A stretch of DNA of 64,000 nt from positions 13,632,001 to 13,696,000 of the forward strand of contig CP086569.2 of assembly GCA_009914755.4 (NCBI GenBank), read 5' to 3'. Every line of letters begins with the position of its first letter. Position 1 is the first letter of the stretch. Positions 57,360-64,000 of this stretch are shown piece by piece. The notes under the pieces were generated by a model. It saw only the letters and a list, made by a program, of their open reading frames with translations, searched no databases and was not told the DNA's origin. Source of the stretch: the human T2T-CHM13v2.0 reference genome, Homo sapiens. A program made the position numbers and the translations under genes.

Positions 57360-59620
57360 TGCCTTGGAGATACTGTGGTTTCCATTACCATACCACCACA
57401 ATAAAGTGTACCTCTCAATAAATCAAGTCAGACAAGTTTCTTTGTATCCCGGTGCGCATAAAAGTTTTTTACACTAGTATAAAACTAAAAGTTTTATACA
57501 CTATACACATAAAAGTTTTTTACACTATAAATGTGCAATGGCATTATATCTTTTTTAAAAGGTATACAGCAATTAAAAATACATTATTGCTAAAAAATAG
57601 TAACTATCTTGTGAGCCTTCAGCGAATTGTAACTTTTTGCCATTGAAGGGTCTTGCTTCAACATCAACTGCTGCTAACTGATCAGGGTGATGGTTGCTGA
57701 AGCTGGGGACATCTGTGTTGATTTCTTAAAAGGAGACAACAGTGAACTTTTCTGCTATTGACTCTCCTTTCTGGATAGATTCCCATGTAGCTTGGGATAG
57801 TATTTTATAGCATCTGACCCCAAGTAAAACTTATTTCAAAACTTGAGTCAGTCCTCTCAAACTCTGCTCCTGCGTTATCAACTAAGCTTATGTAGTGTAA
57901 TATTCTAAATCCTTTGTTGTCATCTCAACAGTATTCATATAATCTTTTCCAGGTGTAGATTTTGTCTCAAGAAACCACTTCGTTTGCTCAGCCATGTGAA
58001 GCAAGTTCATCTCTGTTAAAGTTTTATTGTGATATTGGCAGCAATTCAGTCACATCTTTAGGCTTCACTTCTAATTCTAGTTCTCTTGCTGTTTCCACTG
58101 TATCTGTAGTTCCTTCCCCGACTGATGTCTCAAAGTCATCCAACTTCTTCCAAACTCCCAGTAACGTTGTTATATTGACCTTTTCCCATGAATCGTGAAT
58201 GTTCTTAGTGGCATCTAGAAGGGAAAATACTTTCCAGAAGGCTTTCAACATAGTTTGCCCAGATTCAACAGAGGAATCACTGTCTATGGCAGCAACAGCC
58301 ATACAAAATGTAATCCTTTTTTTTTTTGAGACAGTTTCACTATGTCACCCAGGCTGGATTGCAGTGGTACCCTCTTGGCTTACTGCAATCTCCGCCTTTT
58401 AGGTTCAAGTGATTGTCCTGCCTTAGCCTCCAGAGTGGCTGGGATTACAGGTGTGTGCCACGACGTGCAGCTAATTTATCGTATCTTTTGTAGGAATGGG
58501 GTTTCACTGTTTTGACCAGGCTGGGTCTTAAGCTCCTGGCCTCAAGTGATCTGCCTGCCTTGGCCTACCCAAGTTCTGAGATTATGGGTGTAAGCTACCA
58601 CACCCAGCTATTCTTAAGTGATAAAGTGAAACTCACAATTACTCCATGGGCTGCATAATGGACATTGTGTCAGCAAGCAATGAAAACACCATTCATTTCC
58701 ACATACATCTCCGTGAGAGCTCTTGGGTTGCCAGATACATTGTCAATCAGCAGTAATACATTCAAAAAATCTTTTTTTCTGCATAGTAGGTCTCAACAGT
58801 GGCTTACACTATTCAATAGGCTATCCTGTAAACAGATGTGGTGTCATCCAGCCTTTGTTATTTTGCTTGTAGGGCACAGACGAAGTAGATTTCGCGTAAT
58901 TCTTAAGGACCCTAGGATTTTCGGGAATGGTAAATAAATATTGGCTTCAAATTAAATTTACCCATGACATTAGCCCCTAACAACAGAGTCAGCCTGTTTT
59001 ATAAAGCCTGGAAGCCAGGCATTAATCTCTCCTTTACAGTTAAGAAAGGTCTAGATGGAATCCTCTTCTACTACAAGGCTGTTTTGTCTGTACTGAAAAT
59101 CCATTTACTGTAGACACCATCGTCAATTATCTTAGCTCCATGTTCTAGGTAACTTGCTATAGCTTCACTTGGTGCTTCAACTTGTACTTTTATGTTTTAG
59201 AGATCGCTTCTTCCCTTAAACCTCATGAACTAACCTCTGCTAGTTTTAAGCTTTTCTTCTGCAGCTTTCTTTTCTCTCAGCCTTTATAGAATTGGAGAAA
59301 GTTAGAGCTTCACTCTGGTTTAGGCTTTGGCTTTTAATGGAAGGCGTGGCTGTTATTGATATATCCAGACAGCTAAAGCTTTCTTCTTCTTTTCAATAAT
59401 TCTGTTTCATTTTCTAATCTTTCCTATGTGTAGTGGAGCAACACTTCATTTTCTTCAAGAACTTTTCCTTTGCATTCACAACTTGGCTAACTGGTGTAAG
59501 AGATCCAGCTCTCAGCCCATTTCAGCTTTTGGCATGCTTTTCTTACTAAGCTTAATCACTAGCTTTTAATTTAAAGTGAGAGATATGTGACTTCCTTTCA
59601 CAAGAACACTTAGAACATTG
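57360..59620 (-). mobile_element. Second Tigger/pogo-like DNA-transposon remnant with its transposase remnant reading on the minus strand, interrupted by the Alu at 58315-58608.
   Basis: Minus-strand ORF 58024..58302 (…HDSWEKVNITTLLGVWKKLDDFETSVGEGTTDTVETARELELEVKPKDVTELL…) matches the C-terminal region of Tigger/pogo (CENP-B-like) transposases. ORFs 57962..58198, 58199..58402 and 58665..58937 lie on the opposite strand of the same element. The extent is approximate. Confidence 0.5.
58315..58608 (-). mobile_element. Alu SINE in antisense orientation, nested inside the Tigger remnant.
   Basis: It begins tttttttttttgagacagtttcactatgtcacccaggctggattgcagtggtaccc… and ends …gggtgtaagctaccacacccagc. 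Confidence 0.85.
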
Positions 59621-60023
59621 TAGGGTTATTAATTGGCCTAATTTAAGCATTATTGTATATCAGGGATAGGGCGGCCTGAGAAGGAGGACAGATGGGGAAA
59701 GACCAGTCAGTGGAGCAGTCAGAATGCACACAGCATTTATTAAGTTTGCTGTGATATACTGGTGCAATTTATTGTGCCCTGAAACAGTTACAATAGGAAC
59801 ATCAAAGACTGCTGGTTACAGATCACCTAACAGATATGATAATAATGAAAAACTTTGAAATACTGTGAGAATTACCAAAATGTGACACAAGACACAAAAT
59901 GACCACATTCTATTGAAAAAATGGTGCTGATAGACTTGGATGCAGGGTTACCATAAGCCTTCAATTTGTATAAAACACAGTATCTGCAAAGGATAGTGAA
60001 GTAGAGCACAATAAAGCCAGGCT

Positions 60024-60049
60024 TATCTATCTATCTATCTATCTATGAA
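60024..60049. repeat. (TATC)6 tetranucleotide microsatellite, the GATA/TCTA class used for Y-STRs, though this run is short.
   Basis: It reads tatctatctatctatctatctatc followed by tatg. Confidence 0.85.
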
Positions 60050-62480
60050 TGAGATCACACCATTACCTCCAATTTTAGTTCAGTTCCGCAAGCTTCTTTT
60101 TGTTTCTTTTCTCTTTCCCTATACGAAAGTTTTGTCTCCAGGAGTGAGAAACCTGGCTGAGTATTATTCTTTAATATATTTACTTGTTTGATTAATCCTA
60201 TAGTTACCAATTATTTATCTTCTCTACCAACCTTTTCCTTGCCTAGATAACCTCCTCTTCACTTAGCTCTGGCTTCAGCCTCTAATGCCAGGCTGCCATG
60301 CAACATACAATTTAAGCAGAGTACTACTAGAAATAAGAGTTACTGACTTTGTGTATAATTTGGATGGCCCAGGTAGATGCCTCACTGTGACCAGCTCCTG
60401 TTTTGGAAGATATTAAGTATGCACAAAATGAAAAGAGAAATTGTTGGCTTAACAGCATTGAGATAAAGCAAGTGAATGATAGAATATTCTGAAACAGAGG
60501 GACTGCCATATAGGTGGAACATAAAAAGCATCAGCAGGTGATGTGGTCTGAGAGCATTACAAGGATGGGAATAGGTGTTCCCTTTTTATTTCTTAAGGTA
60601 GAGCTGAAAGCTTTTATGTATGTAGCACTCAAGCTAATGGTTTCTTTCTTTCTATCTGAAGGTTATACTTCTACTCTCTGGCTCTTCTTGCCTATGAGGG
60701 ATCCCATCTGCCAAGCTTAGCTTACACATTATACTAATATTATGACCCTCTTTGCCGATTGGAAATGAGCTAATTGGTATTATAGAAATGTGTTGTTATA
60801 CAACAAGCAAGCTTATTTCTCCAGCGCCTGTACCGAGTTTTGCTTGGTTTCTTCTGTTTTGCATGGTCGCCCCTGTCCACTGAATCTTTTTTTTCTTCTA
60901 TTAAAATATAACCAACTTTTGACATTGTAATAGTTTTAAAGTCATCATGAATAATACAGAGTGCTTCCATATACACTTCCAGATTCAGCAACTGTTAAAA
61001 TGTTGTCACACCTGCTGTATCATTCTTTCCTCCATATAATTCTTCTAACATTTGGAGAGGAAGTTACACATAACCTGTGTTTTTACCTAACTGTCTCAGT
61101 GTGTTTCCTTAGAACAAGAACATTCTCTTATATAACCACAGAAGAATTTATCAATATCAGGAATTACAACACCTTTGATGATATTGACATTGTTGAAAAA
61201 GACCAGTTTTGTACAATATTTCTCAAATTGGGCTTGCATGCCTTCTGACTATTACCATCAGGCAATTCACTTTTTAAAAGAAATTGTGGAAAAGTTACCA
61301 TACAGTTTATCATCTTAACCATTTTAAATTGTATAGTTCATTAGTAATAAGTGTTTTCACATTGTTGTGCAACCAGTCTCCAGAATTTTTTTCTTCTTAC
61401 AAAGCTGAAACTCAGTACCCACTAAAAACAACTCTTCTATTTCTTCCTGCTCCCCTACCCTCAAAGTCATCATTCTACTTTCTCTTTCTGAGTTTTACTG
61501 CTCTACGTAGCTCATGCCAATGAAATAATACAGTATTTTTCTTTTTGTGACCAGCTTGTTTCGCTCAGTAATGTCCTCACAGTTCATCATGTTTTAGCAT
61601 GTGGCAGAATTGTTTTGTTTTTAAGGCTGAATAATATAGTGCGGTTTGTGTATACTAGATTTTGTTGATCCCCTCATCTGTTGATGGACAGTAAAGTTGT
61701 TTTCAGCTTTTGACTACCATGAACCATACTTCCTTGAATATTTGTGTAGAAGTTTTGTTGGGGGCTTATGTTTGCATTCTCTAGGTTTTATATCTGGGAC
61801 TCAAATGGCTGGATGACAGTAAGTCTATGTTTAACTTATTGAGAGCTACCAAGTTTTTCCAAAGTGGCTGTACCACTTTACAATCCTCCCAGTAAGGTAG
61901 GAGTGTTACAGTTTCTCCTCGTCTTCACCAATACTACTTAAATGTTTTTTTGATTTGGTTATCCATTCTACTGATGTTGAAGTGGGATGTTAATATGGTT
62001 TTGTTTGCATTTCTTTGATGGCTAATGATGCTGAGCAATTTTTCATTTGCTTCCTAGCCATTTATCTATTTTTGAAGAAATGTCTGTTAACATCCTTTGC
62101 TCATTTTTAATTGATAATTTGTCATTTTATTATTCAATTATATGTGGTCAATGCTTGTATTATTTCTCTTTCCAGTTTTTGGTTTTGGGTTTTTTTTTTC
62201 CTTTCTGTCTGCAGTGGATGAAGGAGGATTTATTGATCTGAACTCTCTGGATAGGAAACCCTTCCCTTCATATTTTGTGTTGGCAGTTAAGGAGTCCTGA
62301 TTGATCACTAATCAGTCAGTTCAGTTCTAGTTATATATTGTAACATTTGATCTCAGCTTAATGAGATTTGTGGATATAATTTTTATTTATTTAAGATAAT
62401 ACTCTTCAAAATGGCAAATGTGAAACATTAATAACACATGAGTTACACTTTATTTTAGTCTGTGTCTTTTTCCTTTGCAG

Positions 62481-62611
62481 ATAGAACAGCTGTAGAAAAA
62501 TTACGAGCTGTTTGTTTGGACCATGCAAAACTTGGAGAAGGCAAACTTAGTCCACCCCTTGACTCTCTTTTCTTTGGTCCTTCTGCCTCCCAAGTTCTAT
62601 ACCTAACAGAG
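62481..62611 (+). CDS. USP9Y: USP9Y coding exon encoding (D)[43 protein letters not shown].
   Basis: The acceptor AG is at 62479-62480 (tttttcctttgcAG|at) and the donor GTTGGT at 62612, which is unusual because of a T at +3. The frame matches ORF-track 62462..62698. The upstream intron is about 6.6 kb. Confidence 0.85.
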
Positions 62612-62798
62612 GTTGGTTTTTGCCTTTGCAAAAATGTAATTTTTATATTATACGGTAATGTGAAGAACACTGATAAGACTGTAAAGAAAGTTTTTTAAAT
62701 AGTCGAATTTCTTAGCAATGATCAGAGGAGAAATAGATGTTACTAAGTTTTTTTTTAAATCCCTTTTAATATACTCTCCTTTTTTTTTTTTTTTCCAG

Positions 62799-63077
62799 GT
62801 AGTTTATGCCTTGTTAATGCCTGCTGGTGTGCCTCTAACTGATGGGTCCTCTGACTTTCAAGTTCACTTCTTGAAAAGTGGTGGCTTACCTCTTGTACTG
62901 AGTATGCTAATAAGAAATAACTTCTTGCCAAATACAGATATGGAAACTCGAAGGGGTGCTTATTTAAATGCTCTTAAAATAGCCAAACTGTTGTTAACTG
63001 CGATTGGCTATGGCCATGTTCGAGCTGTAGCAGAAGCTTGTCAGCCAGTTGTAGATGGTACAGACCCCATAACACAG
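62799..63077 (+). CDS. USP9Y: USP9Y coding exon in phase 0, encoding [93 protein letters not shown].
   Basis: The acceptor AG is at 62797-62798 (tttttttttttttccAG|gta) and the donor GTAATA at 63078. The frame matches ORF-track 62718..63185. Confidence 0.88.
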
Positions 63078-64000
63078 GTAATAAATGTTAAGAAACTTTT
63101 AAAAATATTTAGTCCTTACTATTTAATAAATGTAAACTCTGTAATAATTATTAATTATTACTATTTAATAAATGTAAACTTTTAAGTAGATGATGGAAAT
63201 AATTCAACAGATAGCATATTATCTTAGGGATTTTTTTGATTAAGTTGTATTTATATTAAAAATGTAAAGATTGACTGTTGCCTATCCTACTTTGAGTGAA
63301 CTTCCCAGTCTCTTTAAATCATTTTTTACTTTCAGTTGTTTAAAGTGTAATGAAAACTTCACCTGAATCTTTTGTTAAGTCATACCAAAAAGATACATAA
63401 AGACAGTTCGTCATAAAGGAGAATATATAATTGCCATGCAGCAAACCTCTCTTCCCACAACTGTGAATCTCTTTCTCCTTTGCTGTTAGCCTTGAGCAGC
63501 ATCACCAACAGTTCTCAAGAAGTGCTTAGATTGGATGCAAAAGATGAATTCAGTTCTAACTAAATTGAGTTCACTCACTTATGTTATAAAGGATGGTTTT
63601 ACTAATTACTGCTTGAAGATAAAATGGTTCAGGGATACAGATTATTACATTTAGATATATGTGAGGTGTTAATTAGGGAAATTTGGATAGTGACTGGATT
63701 ATCTGTATATTCTAGACTGATTAATTTTATTTTGGGTATGAGTCATGCTGTCATTATTGACCTAAGATAAAATGTCTCAGGTTTGCTTCAAAATAATTCT
63801 GGGGTAATATAATTCTGGGTTTGTTTCTTGGGGAGTCAGTGAAACAAGTTTAAACATTTGTTAATAATTATTGAAGCTAGATAATGGGTATTTGAGGATG
63901 TATTATATTCTTTTATCTGCTTTTATATATTTTTTGAAATGTTTCATTCAAAAAAAGGACAAAAAGAAGAAAGTGGTCTTGTACATGTCAATTTAGATAT

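Overview
This 64-kb window is primate, almost certainly human, Y-chromosome DNA. Its Alu/L1/ERV/Tigger repeat complement says primate; human versus another great ape cannot be told from the window alone. It lies entirely inside USP9Y (ubiquitin-specific peptidase 9, Y-linked; the gene sits in the AZFa interval of the Y long arm), transcribed on the + strand.

- **Coding content.** I can place 19 consecutive coding exons, all with canonical GT-AG boundaries and continuous phase. They total about 3.24 kb of CDS (about 1,079 codons), roughly residues 113-1190 of the ~2,555-aa protein, and include the exon for the N-terminal ubiquitin-like (UBL) module. The catalytic USP domain lies beyond the window. 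Introns run from 0.16 to 17.6 kb.
- **Repeats.** About 95% of the window is intron, densely filled with interspersed repeats. I count at least 36 Alu copies, 27 of them antisense to the gene and several with intact target-site duplications. There are also old L1 fragments, an LTR12/HERV9-type LTR piece, a gammaretrovirus-like ERV gag fragment, two Tigger/pogo DNA-transposon remnants, short microsatellites and several local tandem duplications. Nearly every entry in the six-frame ORF track outside the 19 exons is translated Alu, L1, ERV or Tigger sequence.
- **No novel system.** There is no CRISPR array, operon or defence island; this is an ordinary intron-rich eukaryotic gene. The second-look items are intragenic structural quirks: a frame-preserving tandem duplication of a 3' splice site plus exon start, a duplicated exon-end and donor decoy, inverted Alu pairs bracketing small exons, and a one-orientation Alu pile-up.
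- **Accuracy.** Exon coordinates are hand-counted and good to about ±1 nt, with one exon (49860-50203) explicitly ±1.
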